The position numbers and the translations under genes were made by a program. A stretch of 64,000 nucleotides of DNA from Acidiferrobacteraceae bacterium (GTDB lineage Bacteria > Pseudomonadota > Gammaproteobacteria > Acidiferrobacterales > SZUA-150), in contig QIGL01000003.1 in the NCBI GenBank assembly GCA_003228915.1, forward strand, positions 4,998 to 68,997. The letters are read 5' to 3'. Positions 1 to 10,807 of the stretch are shown here, piece by piece; positions within the stretch are counted from its first letter, which is position 1, and each line of letters begins with the position of its first letter. The notes beneath the pieces were generated by a model. It was not told where the DNA came from, did no database searches, and was given only the letters and a program-made list of their open reading frames with translations.

Positions 1-370
1 GTGACCAATCCGACGCTTAAAAAAATGCAGGAACTGATGGCAAAATAGGCCATCTGCCTGACCCCGGGCAGGCATTCAATATTTCTCAATTATTTATCTA
101 TTTAGGGCACATTCAGGCTGCTGTTTAGGCCCTCATCATGCTAAAATATCGCCCGGATTTCAGGTCTTTTGGAGTTAATCGCGGATTACGTCACGACCGC
201 ATTACTTTTAAATACCGGGTAATAAAGTACTGGTATTTTACGACTACATTTTTACATAATCCTGACAGAACATACCTGACGGAAACTAAATAAGTGCGTA
301 GCAACGATGCTGCTGTCGCTAAAATGGCTATTAATGAAATTTAATTTGTACACATCCAGATTGACTGCTA

Positions 371-3001
371 ATGACTGACGAGTTCGCCAAAGAAACGATT
401 CCGGTCAACCTGGAAGATGAAATGAAGCGGTCCTACCTGGACTACGCCATGAGCGTGATTATTGGTCGCGCCTTGCCCGATGTCCGCGATGGCCTGAAAC
501 CGGTCCATCGCCGTGTCCTGTTTGCCATGCATGAGCTGGGCAATGACTATAACAAGGGCTATAAAAAATCCGCCCGTGTCGTCGGTGATGTCATTGGTAA
601 ATATCATCCCCATGGCGATACCGCTGTTTACGACACCATTGTGCGCATGGCGCAGCCGTTTTCTTTGCGTTACATGCTGGTCGATGGCCAGGGTAACTTT
701 GGTTCCGTCGATGGTGATGCCCCGGCGGCCATGCGTTATACCGAGATTCGGATGGCACGCATTGCCCACGAGTTGCTGTCCGATCTTGAAAAAGAAACCG
801 TCAATTTTTCTCCCAACTATGACGGCACCGAACATATCCCCGATGTGTTGCCAGCAAAAATTCCCAACCTGCTTGTTAACGGTTCTGCCGGCATTGCGGT
901 GGGTATGGCGACCACGATACCGCCTCATAACCTGGTAGAAGTCATTAAGGCCACGCTTGCCTATATCGATAACGAAGAAATTACACTGGATGGGCTGATG
1001 GAGCACATCCCGGGACCCGATTTTCCCACGGCGGCCATTATCAATGGTAGTAGCGGCATTCGCGATGCTTACCGAACCGGCCGCGGCAAGATTTATGTCC
1101 GGGCCCGGGTTGAAATTGAAACCGAAGAAAAACGTGGTCGTCAAAAAATTATTGTTACCGAGCTGCCTTACCAGGTTAACAAAGCCAGGCTGCTGGAAAA
1201 AATTGCCGAGCTGGTCAAGCTGGGTCGCCTGGAAGGTATATCCGGTTTGCGTGACGAGTCTGACAAGTCCGGCATGCGCATGGTCATTGAGCTCAAGCGT
1301 GGTGAAGTGGCCGACGTCGTACTTAATAATTTATACCAGCACACGGCCATGCAGAATGTGGTCGGCATTAATATGGTTGCCCTCGATAATGGCCAGCCAA
1401 AATTATTTAACCTGAAAGAAATCATCGTTTGTTTTGTCCGTCACCGTCGTGACGTGGTTACGCGTCGGACATTGTTTGATATGCGCAAGGCGCGGGAACG
1501 TGCCCATATCCTGGAAGGCCTGGCGGTTGCCCTGGAAAACATTGATGAAATAGTTGCCCTCATCAGGTCGGCAAATGACCCGGCAGAAGCCAAGTCCAAA
1601 CTGATGACCAAATCATGGGCCGCCAGCCTGGTCGCGAAAATGTTGTCCGAGTCTGATACGTCTTTGTCGCGACCTGAAGACCTGGATGCCATTTATGGTT
1701 TGACCAAGAGCGGATATCATTTGTCTGATGCCCAGGCACAAGCCATTCTTGATTTGCGCCTGCACCGGTTAACCGGTCTTGAAACAGAAAAAATTCACAA
1801 AGAATTTCTTGAGTTGCTTGTCCGCATTGAAGACTTGCTGGACATATTACGCAACCCTGATCGACTCAGGACGGTTATCCAGGAAGAGTTGATAGCCATT
1901 AGCGAAAAATATGGCGATGACAGGCGCACAGAAATTATTCAGAGCAAGCAGGATTTAAGGGTAGAAGACCTTATTACTGAAGAAGATGTGGTGGTGACAC
2001 TTTCCCATGCCGGTTATGTCAAGGCCCAGGTCCTGGACGAGTACCGGGCGCAACGACGTGGCGGTCGCGGTAAATCGGCCACCCGCATGAAAGAAGAAGA
2101 TTTTATTGACAAGTTGTTTGTCGCTAACACCCATGACACGATTTTGTGTTTTAGCAGCAAGGGCAAAGTTTACTGGCTCAAGGTTTATGAGATTCCCCAG
2201 GCCGGTCGTGGTGCCCGGGGCAAACCTATTATTAACCTGCTTCCTTTCCAGGACGGTGAACAATTAAATGCGATTTTACCAATTCGTGAATACGAAGAAG
2301 ATAAATTTGTTTTCATGGCCACATCCGATGGCACCGTTAAAAAGACGGCCCTGAAGGAATTCTCGCGGCCACGGTCAAATGGCATAATCGCTATTGAGCT
2401 GGTAGCAGGCAATCAGCTGGTTGACGTTGGCCTGACCAATGGCAATAGCCATATTTTATTATTTAGCAACATTGGCAAGGTGGTGCGGTTTGGTGAAACC
2501 GATGTCAGGCCAATGGGCAGGAGTGCCCGTGGTGTTCGCGGTATATTGCTCAAGGAAGGCCATAAAGTAATTTCACAGATAATTTCTGAAAGCGACATAA
2601 ATAATTGCTCGGTGTTGACAGCAACGTCACTCGGTTATGGCAAGCGCACCCTGATTACCGATTACCCGGTCCATAAACGTGGCGGCCAGGGCGTGATATC
2701 GATCCAGGTGAGTGAAAAACGAGGTGATGTGGTTGGCGCAATCCTGACCGCTGATGATGACGAGACCATGCTAATCACAAGTGGCGGTACATTAATCAGG
2801 ACAAGAGTGAAGGAAATCTCGGCCATGGGTCGTAACACCCAGGGTGTACGGTTAATTGTGTTGGGAGACGATGAGCGACTGGTAGGAATGGACAGCATTG
2901 TCGAGCCTGAATCGGTTCAGGCCGAGCAGACTTCCGAGACTGAAGCAGGCCCAGAAACTGATTCAGAGACGGACACTGAATCCGGGAAAGGATCTGAATA
3001 A
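371..3001 (+). CDS. gyrA: DNA gyrase subunit A
   Basis: 876-aa ORF. It has the N-terminal '[25 protein letters not shown]' motif and the 'GKYHPHGD' QRDR motif. The C-terminal region has repeated beta-pinwheel segments and an acidic tail. Length matches GyrA. Confidence 0.97.
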   Translation: MTDEFAKETIPVNLEDEMKRSYLDYAMSVIIGRALPDVRDGLKPVHRRVLFAMHELGNDYNKGYKKSARVVGDVIGKYHPHGDTAVYDTIVRMAQPFSLRYMLVDGQGNFGSVDGDAPAAMRYTEIRMARIAHELLSDLEKETVNFSPNYDGTEHIPDVLPAKIPNLLVNGSAGIAVGMATTIPPHNLVEVIKATLAYIDNEEITLDGLMEHIPGPDFPTAAIINGSSGIRDAYRTGRGKIYVRARVEIETEEKRGRQKIIVTELPYQVNKARLLEKIAELVKLGRLEGISGLRDESDKSGMRMVIELKRGEVADVVLNNLYQHTAMQNVVGINMVALDNGQPKLFNLKEIIVCFVRHRRDVVTRRTLFDMRKARERAHILEGLAVALENIDEIVALIRSANDPAEAKSKLMTKSWAASLVAKMLSESDTSLSRPEDLDAIYGLTKSGYHLSDAQAQAILDLRLHRLTGLETEKIHKEFLELLVRIEDLLDILRNPDRLRTVIQEELIAISEKYGDDRRTEIIQSKQDLRVEDLITEEDVVVTLSHAGYVKAQVLDEYRAQRRGGRGKSATRMKEEDFIDKLFVANTHDTILCFSSKGKVYWLKVYEIPQAGRGARGKPIINLLPFQDGEQLNAILPIREYEEDKFVFMATSDGTVKKTALKEFSRPRSNGIIAIELVAGNQLVDVGLTNGNSHILLFSNIGKVVRFGETDVRPMGRSARGVRGILLKEGHKVISQIISESDINNCSVLTATSLGYGKRTLITDYPVHKRGGQGVISIQVSEKRGDVVGAILTADDDETMLITSGGTLIRTRVKEISAMGRNTQGVRLIVLGDDERLVGMDSIVEPESVQAEQTSETEAGPETDSETDTESGKGSE

Positions 3002-3107
3002 ACACCCGGGTAGTGACGATTAATTATTGTGGCTGTTAAAATTACGATGGTCGCGGCTTATTTTCAGTAAAAAAACTATTTCTTTAATTTTAAAATAGAG
3101 TAAATCA

Positions 3108-4199
3108 ATGGCAAGAGTATTTAATTTCAGCGCTGGTCCCGCAGCATTACCACAGCCTGTATTAGAACAGGCCCAGCAAGAACTCCTGGACTGGCAGGGC
3201 AGTGGCACATCGATTATGGAGATGAGCCATCGCGGTAAAGAATTCATAGGTATTGCCCAGCAAGCAGAGACAGACCTGCGTGAGTTAATGGCTATACCGC
3301 AGAATTACAAAGTGTTATTCCTGCAGGGCGGCGCATCGACTCAATTTGCCATGGTGCCCTTGAATTTATGCGCACCGGGTAACGCTGGTAACGCAGATTA
3401 TGCCTTTACCGGTCATTGGTCGAAGAAGGCTGTTGCCGAAGCCAAACGATACTGTGATGTGAATGTGGCTGTCGATACCCAGGAGAACAAGTTTACAAAC
3501 ATCCCGGTGCAGGCTGACTGGAATATGGGTGATGCCGCCGCTTATGTTCATTACACGCCAAACGAAACCATCGCCGGTGTTGAATTTGGCTGGATTCCCG
3601 AGACTGGCGATAAACCACTCGTGGCGGACATGTCTTCCAGCATCTTGTCCCGGCCAATAGACGTCAGCAAGTACGGAATTATTTATGCCGGTGCCCAAAA
3701 AAATATTGGTCCGGCCGGATTAACAATCGTTATTATCCGCGAGGACTTGATTGGCCATGCCGGACCCCAGGTGCCGGCCATGTTGAATTATAAAACTTTT
3801 GCCGATAGTGATTCCATGTACAACACACCGCCTACCTACTCCTGGTATATGGCAGGGCTGGTTTTTCAATGGTTAAAAAAATCTGGTGGCCTCGACGCCA
3901 TGGGCAAAGTTAATCATCGCAAGGCAGAAAAACTTTACAACGCTATCGATAATTCAGGCGGGTTTTATCGTAACCCGGTGGCGATTGATTGCCGTTCCAT
4001 CATGAATGTCCCGTTCATTTTAAAAGATGACGCGCTTGATAAAGTATTTTTGGAAGAAAGTAAAAAAGCAGGACTGGTGCAATTAAAGGGTCACCGTTCG
4101 GTAGGCGGCATGCGCGCCAGTATTTACAATGCCATGCCGGAAGCAGGTATCGATGCATTGGTTGATTTTATGAAACAATTTCAGACTCAAAAAGGCTAA
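3108..4199 (+). CDS. serC: Phosphoserine aminotransferase
   Basis: 363 aa. The N-terminus '[11 protein letters not shown]' and the overall class-V aminotransferase pattern fit SerC. Its position directly after gyrA is conserved. Confidence 0.95.
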   Translation: MARVFNFSAGPAALPQPVLEQAQQELLDWQGSGTSIMEMSHRGKEFIGIAQQAETDLRELMAIPQNYKVLFLQGGASTQFAMVPLNLCAPGNAGNADYAFTGHWSKKAVAEAKRYCDVNVAVDTQENKFTNIPVQADWNMGDAAAYVHYTPNETIAGVEFGWIPETGDKPLVADMSSSILSRPIDVSKYGIIYAGAQKNIGPAGLTIVIIREDLIGHAGPQVPAMLNYKTFADSDSMYNTPPTYSWYMAGLVFQWLKKSGGLDAMGKVNHRKAEKLYNAIDNSGGFYRNPVAIDCRSIMNVPFILKDDALDKVFLEESKKAGLVQLKGHRSVGGMRASIYNAMPEAGIDALVDFMKQFQTQKG

Positions 4200-4201
4200 A
4201 C

Positions 4202-5365
4202 GTGCACAAAATTCTTACTCTTAATAATATCTCAAGCGAGGGCCTGGACAGGCTTCCCAAAAGTGATTACGACATTGCTGATAAATTCAGTGACCCGGAT
4301 GCCATCCTGTTGCGCTCATTTAAAATGCATGACATGGAAATTCCTGCTTCCTTAAAAGCAATTGGCAGGGCCGGTGCCGGTGTTAATAATATTCCTGTCG
4401 ATAAAATGACGGGCCTGGGGATACCGGTTTTTAACGCCCCCGGCGCCAACGCCAACGCAGTAAAAGAACTGGTCGTGGCCGGCCTGTTGTTAGCCAGTCG
4501 CGATATTTGCCAGGCATGGGATTTTGCCAAACACCTTGAAGGGTCCGACGAAGAAATTGGCAAAGCAGTAGAAGCTGGTAAAAAGAATTTTGCCGGCGTT
4601 GAATTACCCGGCAGGACACTTGGTGTAGTCGGGCTGGGCGCCATTGGTCGTTATGTCGCCAATGTCGCCATTGACCTGGGCATGAATGTCATTGGTTTTG
4701 ATCCGGGTATTACCATCGAGGGTGCCTGGCAGCTATCGGCATCTGTCAAAAAAGCGGCCAACATAGAAGAACTGTTGCGTAATGTTGATTACGTTACGTT
4801 TCACGTGCCATTAATTGATGCCACCAATAAAATGATTAACGAGGCGCGCCTGAAAATCATGCGCCCAGGTGCCACCATCCTGAACTTTGCCCGCCAGGGA
4901 ATTGTCGATGATGAAGCCGTTTCCGGTGCCATCAAGGCCGGTAAACTGCGTGCCTATGTTTGTGACTTTCCAACCAATCTCTTGAAAAATCATGATCGAG
5001 TTATCACCTTGCCGCATCTTGGCGCGTCGACTAAAGAAGCCGAGGACAATTGTGCGATCATGGTCGCCTCGCAAATTCGGGACTACCTCGAGAACGGCAA
5101 TATTAGAAATTCTGTAAATTTCCCGGAAGTTGTTGCTGCCCGTGAGACCAAATATCGGATATTGATCGCAAATGCCAATGTTCCCAACATGGTTGGACAA
5201 ATTTCTACGGCAATGGCTGATGCGAATCTTAATATTCATGATATGGTTAACAAGTCCAAACAGGACATTGCCTATACATTAGTAGATGTTGATAGCACTG
5301 TGCCGGACTCGGTCATTAAAAGTATTGCCGCAATTGAAGGTGTCAAGAGTGTCCGGGTAATTTAA
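4202..5365 (+). CDS. serA: D-3-phosphoglycerate dehydrogenase-type 2-hydroxyacid dehydrogenase with a C-terminal ACT-like domain
   Basis: 387 aa with a GTG start. It has the NAD-binding motif 'GVVGLGAIGRYVA' and a C-terminal small-molecule-binding-like tail ('YRILIANANVPNMVGQIST...'). It sits 2 nt after serC. Confidence 0.75.
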   Translation: MHKILTLNNISSEGLDRLPKSDYDIADKFSDPDAILLRSFKMHDMEIPASLKAIGRAGAGVNNIPVDKMTGLGIPVFNAPGANANAVKELVVAGLLLASRDICQAWDFAKHLEGSDEEIGKAVEAGKKNFAGVELPGRTLGVVGLGAIGRYVANVAIDLGMNVIGFDPGITIEGAWQLSASVKKAANIEELLRNVDYVTFHVPLIDATNKMINEARLKIMRPGATILNFARQGIVDDEAVSGAIKAGKLRAYVCDFPTNLLKNHDRVITLPHLGASTKEAEDNCAIMVASQIRDYLENGNIRNSVNFPEVVAARETKYRILIANANVPNMVGQISTAMADANLNIHDMVNKSKQDIAYTLVDVDSTVPDSVIKSIAAIEGVKSVRVI

Positions 5366-5390
5366 AAGCCAATGGTAACTGGATACAAAT

Positions 5391-6506
5391 ATGAAAGGAG
5401 CTCAAAAACCAGCAGATAACGCAAAGTCATCTGTTGCTCAACTGAAACAACTGCGAGAACGTATTGATGCCATAGATATACAACTACAGGCATTAATCAG
5501 CGATCGTGCCCGTTGTGCCGAAGAGGTGGCGACGGTCAAGCGTGAGGCTGGCAGTGATAATTTCTACCGCCCGGAACGTGAAGCGGCGGTGCTTAGAAGT
5601 GTTCAGGAAAGAAATACCGGCCCCCTGTCAAACGAAGAAATTGCCCGCTTGTTCCGGGAGATCATGTCTGCCTGCCTGGCCCTGGAATCAACTATGAATA
5701 TTGCATTCCTGGGGCCAGAGGGTACATTTACCCAGGAAGCGGCAATCAAACAATTTGGTCATTCGGTGAATACCGTACCCCTGGGCGCCATTGACGAAGT
5801 TTTTCGCGAAGTGGAATCCGGCGATGCCCGCTATGGTATTGTGCCCATAGAAAATTCAACTGAAGGCATTGTTAACCACACGCTGGACTCATTTATTGAT
5901 TCGCCATTGATGATTTGTGGTGAAGTTGAACTACGGGTCCATCATCATTTACTTGGCAAAGGTAAAGATTTATCAGCAATTAAAGAGGTGACCTCGCACC
6001 AACAGTCTTTAGCGCAATGTCGTGAATGGCTGGATGCAAACCTGCCTGGCATTACCAGGACCGGCACCAGCAGCAATGCCGAGGCGGCAAAAATAGCAGC
6101 GGGTAATAAAAATATCGCAGCCATTGCCAGTGATGCGGCTGCCAGTTTGTATGGCCTCGATGAGATGGCATCCAATATTGAAGATAAGCCGGATAATACA
6201 ACCAGGTTCCTTGTTATCGGCAGTCTCGAGGCTGAGCCTTGTGGCAATGACAGAACCACCTTGCTTGTTTCCGGTACTAACAGACCGGGCGCCTTGCATG
6301 ATCTGCTTTCAGCCCTGGCAAAACATAGCATTAACTTAACAAGAATTGAATCCAGGCCGTCACGTCGGGCCATGTGGGAATATGTTTTTTTTCTTGATAT
6401 TGATGGCCACATTAAAGATAAAAATGTTTCTGCTGCGATTGCAGAATTAAAAAAAGATGCGGCATTTTTGAAACTACTCGGCTCGTACCCCAAGGCAGTT
6501 TTATAA
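5391..6506 (+). CDS. pheA: Bifunctional chorismate mutase / prephenate dehydratase (P-protein)
   Basis: 371 aa. The N-terminal chorismate-mutase helices ('LKQLRERIDAIDIQLQALISDR') are followed by a prephenate dehydratase core. The ACT region carries 'NLTRIESRPS'. Confidence 0.93.
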   Translation: MKGAQKPADNAKSSVAQLKQLRERIDAIDIQLQALISDRARCAEEVATVKREAGSDNFYRPEREAAVLRSVQERNTGPLSNEEIARLFREIMSACLALESTMNIAFLGPEGTFTQEAAIKQFGHSVNTVPLGAIDEVFREVESGDARYGIVPIENSTEGIVNHTLDSFIDSPLMICGEVELRVHHHLLGKGKDLSAIKEVTSHQQSLAQCREWLDANLPGITRTGTSSNAEAAKIAAGNKNIAAIASDAAASLYGLDEMASNIEDKPDNTTRFLVIGSLEAEPCGNDRTTLLVSGTNRPGALHDLLSALAKHSINLTRIESRPSRRAMWEYVFFLDIDGHIKDKNVSAAIAELKKDAAFLKLLGSYPKAVL

Positions 6507-6509
6507 ATC

Positions 6510-7631
6510 ATGGCCAATGATTTTTTACCCCTTGCCACAAAAGGTGTCCAGGGCCTGAGTCCCTATCAGCCCGGTAAACCTGTTGCTGAGCTGGAGCGCG
6601 AACTCGGCTTAAAAAATATTATTAAACTTGCTTCTAACGAAAACCCCCTTGGCCCCAGCCCCATGGCGACCAGGGTAATAGCAGCGAACCTGGCCGGGTT
6701 GGCGCGTTACCCAGACGGAAATGGTTTCGGTTTACGTAAAAAACTGGCCGTCAAACTTGGTGTTGCCGAAGAACAAATCACTTTGGGAAATGGATCAAAC
6801 GATATTCTCGAGTTGATCGGGCGTGCTTTTCTGATGCCGGGCCATGAGGCCATTTATTCGCGGCACAGTTTTGCCGTTTACCCGCTGGTTGTCCAGGCTT
6901 CCGGCGCCACAGCCGTAGTGACGACTGCCAAAAACTGGGGCAACGATCTGGACGCCATGTTGGCTGCCGTATCAGAGGCTACCCGGTTGCTATTCCTGGC
7001 AAATCCAAATAACCCAACCGGGACCTGGGTTGATGCTTCTTCAATGCAGGGATTCCTGGAGCAATTACCAGAAAATATTATCGTGGTGCTTGATGAGGCC
7101 TACTTTGAATATGTGACTGAACCAGATTATCCAGATGGTTTGACATTGTTAAAAGATTTTCCCAATGTCATTGTTACCCGAACATTTTCCAAGGCCTATG
7201 GAATGGCGGGTTTGCGAGTAGGTTATAGCATTTCAAATAACAGTATTGCCGATATTCTCAATCGTGTCCGACAACCTTTTAACGTCAATAGCCTGGCACT
7301 GGCAGCTGCCGAAGCTGCTTTGGATGATGTAGCGTTTATTGAAAAAAGTAAAAAAATTAACCAGACGGGCATGGCGCAATTAACAAATGCCTTTGATAAA
7401 ATGGGTTTGAGCTATATTCCATCAGTGGCAAACTTTGTTGCCGTTAAAGCAGGCCAGGATTCAATGGCGCTCAGCGCGACTAATGTCTACGAAAAACTGC
7501 TCCGGTCAGGGGTTATTGTCCGTCCAGTTGCTAATTATGATATGCCCGATTATCTTCGTATTACCGTTGGCACTGAGCAAGAGAATGAAAAATTCATTGC
7601 TGCGTTAAAGCAAGTATTATTATCAAAATGA
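6510..7631 (+). CDS. hisC: Histidinol-phosphate / aromatic aminotransferase
   Basis: 373 aa class-II aminotransferase with the PLP-lysine context 'TFSKAYGMAGLRVGY'. It lies between pheA and tyrA, as in the conserved aromatic amino-acid operon. Confidence 0.85.
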   Translation: MANDFLPLATKGVQGLSPYQPGKPVAELERELGLKNIIKLASNENPLGPSPMATRVIAANLAGLARYPDGNGFGLRKKLAVKLGVAEEQITLGNGSNDILELIGRAFLMPGHEAIYSRHSFAVYPLVVQASGATAVVTTAKNWGNDLDAMLAAVSEATRLLFLANPNNPTGTWVDASSMQGFLEQLPENIIVVLDEAYFEYVTEPDYPDGLTLLKDFPNVIVTRTFSKAYGMAGLRVGYSISNNSIADILNRVRQPFNVNSLALAAAEAALDDVAFIEKSKKINQTGMAQLTNAFDKMGLSYIPSVANFVAVKAGQDSMALSATNVYEKLLRSGVIVRPVANYDMPDYLRITVGTEQENEKFIAALKQVLLSK

Positions 7632-8503
7632 TCAACAAACTGGCAATTATTGGTACCGGACTTATTGGCGGCTCACTGGCCCAGGCCTTGAGAAAGGCCG
7701 ATTATGCCAGTGAAATAATCGGTTATGGCAGGCACCCGGAAAACCTGCAGCGAGCTGTGGATCTTGGCATTCTTGATATCGGGGCGGTCTCTGTCTCGCA
7801 GGCGGTCGCTGATGCAGACATGATTGTCTTGTCTGTACCTGTTGCCGCCATGAAAGAATTATTTATAGAAATTGCCAAATCCGTACCAACAAATGCCGTG
7901 CTGACCGATGTTGGCAGTATTAAACAATCAATTATTTCTGACGCGTCTGCCGCCTTAGGTTCCCAGTTTGAGAATTATGTGCCTGGTCATCCCATTGCCG
8001 GTGCAGAATTATCCGGTGCCGAGGCATCTTATGCCGAATTATTTGCCGATCACCGTGTGGTATTAACACCGGTCGAAGAAACCAGCAGGACGGCAGTGGA
8101 TAAGGTCAGCGCTATGTGGGTGGCGGCCGGTGCCCAGGTAGTAGAGATGGACGCCAATAGTCATGATGAGGTTTTTGCAGCTTGCAGTCATGCGCCTCAT
8201 ATACTTGCTTATGCGCTCGTCGATAGCCTGGTGCGTGGTGACGATCACGAAACAATTTTTAGTTTCGCCGCAGGTGGCTTTAGGGATTTTACAAGAATCG
8301 CTTCCAGTGATCCTGTCATGTGGCGAGATATATGCACTGGTAACCGGGATGCTATTACCCGCGTTTTAAAGCAGTATCGCAGTGACCTGGACCGCATCAT
8401 AAATCTTATAGCAGAAGGCGATGCAGCAGAGCTTGAAGAAATTTTCAAGCGCGCCAAACATGCCCGTGATACCTACATGTTAAATAAACTGCCGAGCAGG
8501 TAG
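7628..8503 (+). CDS. tyrA: Prephenate dehydrogenase
   Basis: 291 aa with the Rossmann N-terminus 'IIGTGLIGGSLA' and the 'GHPIAG' motif. It overlaps hisC by 4 nt. Confidence 0.85.
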   Translation: MINKLAIIGTGLIGGSLAQALRKADYASEIIGYGRHPENLQRAVDLGILDIGAVSVSQAVADADMIVLSVPVAAMKELFIEIAKSVPTNAVLTDVGSIKQSIISDASAALGSQFENYVPGHPIAGAELSGAEASYAELFADHRVVLTPVEETSRTAVDKVSAMWVAAGAQVVEMDANSHDEVFAACSHAPHILAYALVDSLVRGDDHETIFSFAAGGFRDFTRIASSDPVMWRDICTGNRDAITRVLKQYRSDLDRIINLIAEGDAAELEEIFKRAKHARDTYMLNKLPSR

Positions 8504-8586
8504 CACTGACCCACCCGTATGAGTCTGAATAGGCCAGGGCTAAAACTAAAAAACTATAGAGAAATAGTGTCCAGGAATATGTGCTC

Positions 8587-9903
8587 ATGAAATTAAGCAA
8601 GGCTAAATTTATCGTAAAAGCGGGCGGACAAATCCGTGGCAAGCTGCGTGTGCCTGGCGATAAATCTATTTCTCACCGGGCCGTGATGTTTGGCGCCCTT
8701 GCCAGTGGTGATACAAAAGTCACGGGTCTGCTGGAAGGTGAAGATGTTTTGGCGACGGTGTCTGCTTTTCGTGCCATGGGCGTGCAAATCAATGGACCAA
8801 AAAACGGGTACCTGGAAATTAAAGGCGTTGGTTTGAATGGCCTCAGTGCGCCCAATCAAGCCCTCGACATGGGCAATTCCGGTACCGCCATGAGATTGTT
8901 GTCTGGAATCATGGCAGGTCAGAATTTTAATAGCACGCTCACTGGTGACGAGTCACTTAATAAGCGACCTATGAGCCGGGTTGCCGAGCCCTTGGCCACC
9001 ATGGGTGCCATGATTAATACTGAAGACAAGGGCAGGCCGCCCATGGTTATTACTGGCAGCCAACAGCTAACCGGAATTAATTACACCTTGCCTGTGGCCA
9101 GCGCCCAGGTGAAATCAGCGCTATTGCTTGCGGGTTTATATGCCGAAGGCAAGACCAGTATTACCGAGCCAGCACCCACCCGGGATCACACCGAGCGTAT
9201 GTTAAGAGGCTTTGGTTACGGAGTGGACTCCGATTACCCAAAAATCTCACTAACAGGGGGCGGCAAACTAACGGCATGTGATATTGACGTACCGGCAGAT
9301 ATTTCTTCGGCGGCATTTTTTATCGTGGCCGCCACTATTGCCAAAGATTCAGAAATTGTCCTGGAACACGTGGGCATTAATCCGACCAGGATAGGCATAC
9401 TTAATATACTGATCCTGATGGGTGCTGATATCCAGATTCAAAATAAACGCGAGGTGGGTGGCGAACCTGTGGCTGATATCCATGTCCGGTCAGCAAAACT
9501 CAAGGGGATAGAAATACCCGAAGACCAGGTGCCCCTGGCGATCGATGAGTTCCCGGTTATTTTTATTGCCGCTGCCTGTGCCGAAGGGTTGACCACCTTG
9601 TCCGGGGCAGAAGAATTGCGAGTGAAAGAGAGCGATCGAATTGCCGCTATGGCTGTGGGCCTCAAAATCCTTGGTGTTGATGTCCAGGAAAAAACTGACG
9701 GTATTATTATTCGTGGTGGCCCGTATGGTGGCGGCAAGGTCGATAGTGTTAGTGATCACCGCATTGCCATGGCTTTCGCTATTGCCGGGTTACGGGCAAG
9801 CGGCCAGATTGAAATCGATAATTGTGCCAATGTGGCCACCTCATTTCCGAATTTTGTCACCCTGGCCAGAAACTGCGGGCTGACTATCGAAAGTGTTTCT
9901 TAA
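8587..9903 (+). CDS. aroA: 3-phosphoshikimate 1-carboxyvinyltransferase (EPSP synthase)
   Basis: EPSP synthase motifs 'VPGDKSISHR' and 'LDMGNSGTAMRLL' are present. The ORF opens at a GTG at 8581. The ATG at 8587 is preferred because an AGGAA sits 9 nt upstream. Confidence 0.92.
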   Translation: MKLSKAKFIVKAGGQIRGKLRVPGDKSISHRAVMFGALASGDTKVTGLLEGEDVLATVSAFRAMGVQINGPKNGYLEIKGVGLNGLSAPNQALDMGNSGTAMRLLSGIMAGQNFNSTLTGDESLNKRPMSRVAEPLATMGAMINTEDKGRPPMVITGSQQLTGINYTLPVASAQVKSALLLAGLYAEGKTSITEPAPTRDHTERMLRGFGYGVDSDYPKISLTGGGKLTACDIDVPADISSAAFFIVAATIAKDSEIVLEHVGINPTRIGILNILILMGADIQIQNKREVGGEPVADIHVRSAKLKGIEIPEDQVPLAIDEFPVIFIAAACAEGLTTLSGAEELRVKESDRIAAMAVGLKILGVDVQEKTDGIIIRGGPYGGGKVDSVSDHRIAMAFAIAGLRASGQIEIDNCANVATSFPNFVTLARNCGLTIESVS

Positions 9904-9909
9904 GGCTCA

Positions 9910-10590
9910 ATGACAACAGAAAAACAAGTCCCGGTATTAACCGTAGATGGGCCCAGTGGTTCGGGCAAAGGCACGGTCGGGCAAATGCTGGCACAGGAAC
10001 TGGGCTGGCATTTTCTCGATAGTGGCGCTTTATATAGAATCACTGCCCTGGCCAGCCAAGACCAGGATATCGATATTACAAACGAGGCCCAGGTCGCGTT
10101 AGTAGCCAAAGGTCTGGAGATTAAATTTATCCCTCAGAAAGATGCCCCGCCTTCGGTGTCACTGGCGGGGCAAGTGGTTGGTGATGTCCTGCGCACCGAG
10201 CAGATTGCTGAAATGGCGTCCCAGGTAGCGGCTATGCCCAAAGTAAGAGCGGCGCTCCTGCTCAAACAACGGGCATTTGCCCAGCTACCAGGCCTGGTGG
10301 CCGATGGCAGGGATATGGGCACGAACGTATTTACTGACGCCAGGCTCAAAATATTCCTTACTGCTAGTCCGGAAATAAGGGCCCAAAGACGCTATAAGCA
10401 GTTGAAGGAAAAGGGCTTCGATGTTAATCTTGCGCGCCTTCTGGAGGAGATTCAGGTGCGTGATGCCAGAGATCAGGCGCGAACGGTAGCCCCGCTCAAA
10501 CCTGCTGACGATGCACATATTCTGGATAGCTCAGGGCTGGATGCCCAGGAAGTGGTACAAAAAGTACTTGATCTACTGAAGGCTAATTGA
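9910..10590 (+). CDS. cmk: Cytidylate kinase
   Basis: 226 aa with the P-loop 'VDGPSGSGKGT'. The aroA-cmk-rpsA order is conserved. Confidence 0.93.
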   Translation: MTTEKQVPVLTVDGPSGSGKGTVGQMLAQELGWHFLDSGALYRITALASQDQDIDITNEAQVALVAKGLEIKFIPQKDAPPSVSLAGQVVGDVLRTEQIAEMASQVAAMPKVRAALLLKQRAFAQLPGLVADGRDMGTNVFTDARLKIFLTASPEIRAQRRYKQLKEKGFDVNLARLLEEIQVRDARDQARTVAPLKPADDAHILDSSGLDAQEVVQKVLDLLKAN

Positions 10591-10807
10591 CTCAAAACCG
10601 GGGGTGGTCTCAAAACCTGGGATGTCAACAAGCGAGATCAGCAAGATAGAAGTTAGATTTTTTTGAAATTAGCAACACCAATAGTAATACCGGGCGGAGT
10701 CATTGACTCCTAAAATTAACCATCCCTGATTCGATATAACTGGATTAGGTACAAACCATTCGGAGCGCAGGCCATTCGGCCCTGTTTATCCCAATAGAAA
10801 AATCATC

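Noticed and set aside
1-48. An open frame ending with TAG at 46-48 ('VTNPTLKKMQELMAK*') that could be the 3' end of an upstream gene.
   Set aside because: Only 15 codons are visible and no family is recognisable. That is too little to support a feature.
368-1144. Long antisense ORFs inside well-supported genes. Examples are 368..1144(-) in gyrA, 5945..6538(-) in pheA, 25106..25594(-) in ugd, 63197..63691(+) in dsrL and 35699..36058(-) in the beta-helix gene.
   Set aside because: They fully overlap strongly supported genes on the opposite strand. Their composition is low-complexity or biased and they have no recognisable motifs. They are shadow ORFs.
10696-10710. The palindrome GGAGTCA-T-TGACTCC in the rpsA leader, and the duplicated 'CTCAAAACC' just after cmk.
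   Set aside because: These are short and could arise by chance. The rpsA leader is known to be structured in E. coli, but I cannot map an equivalent fold here.
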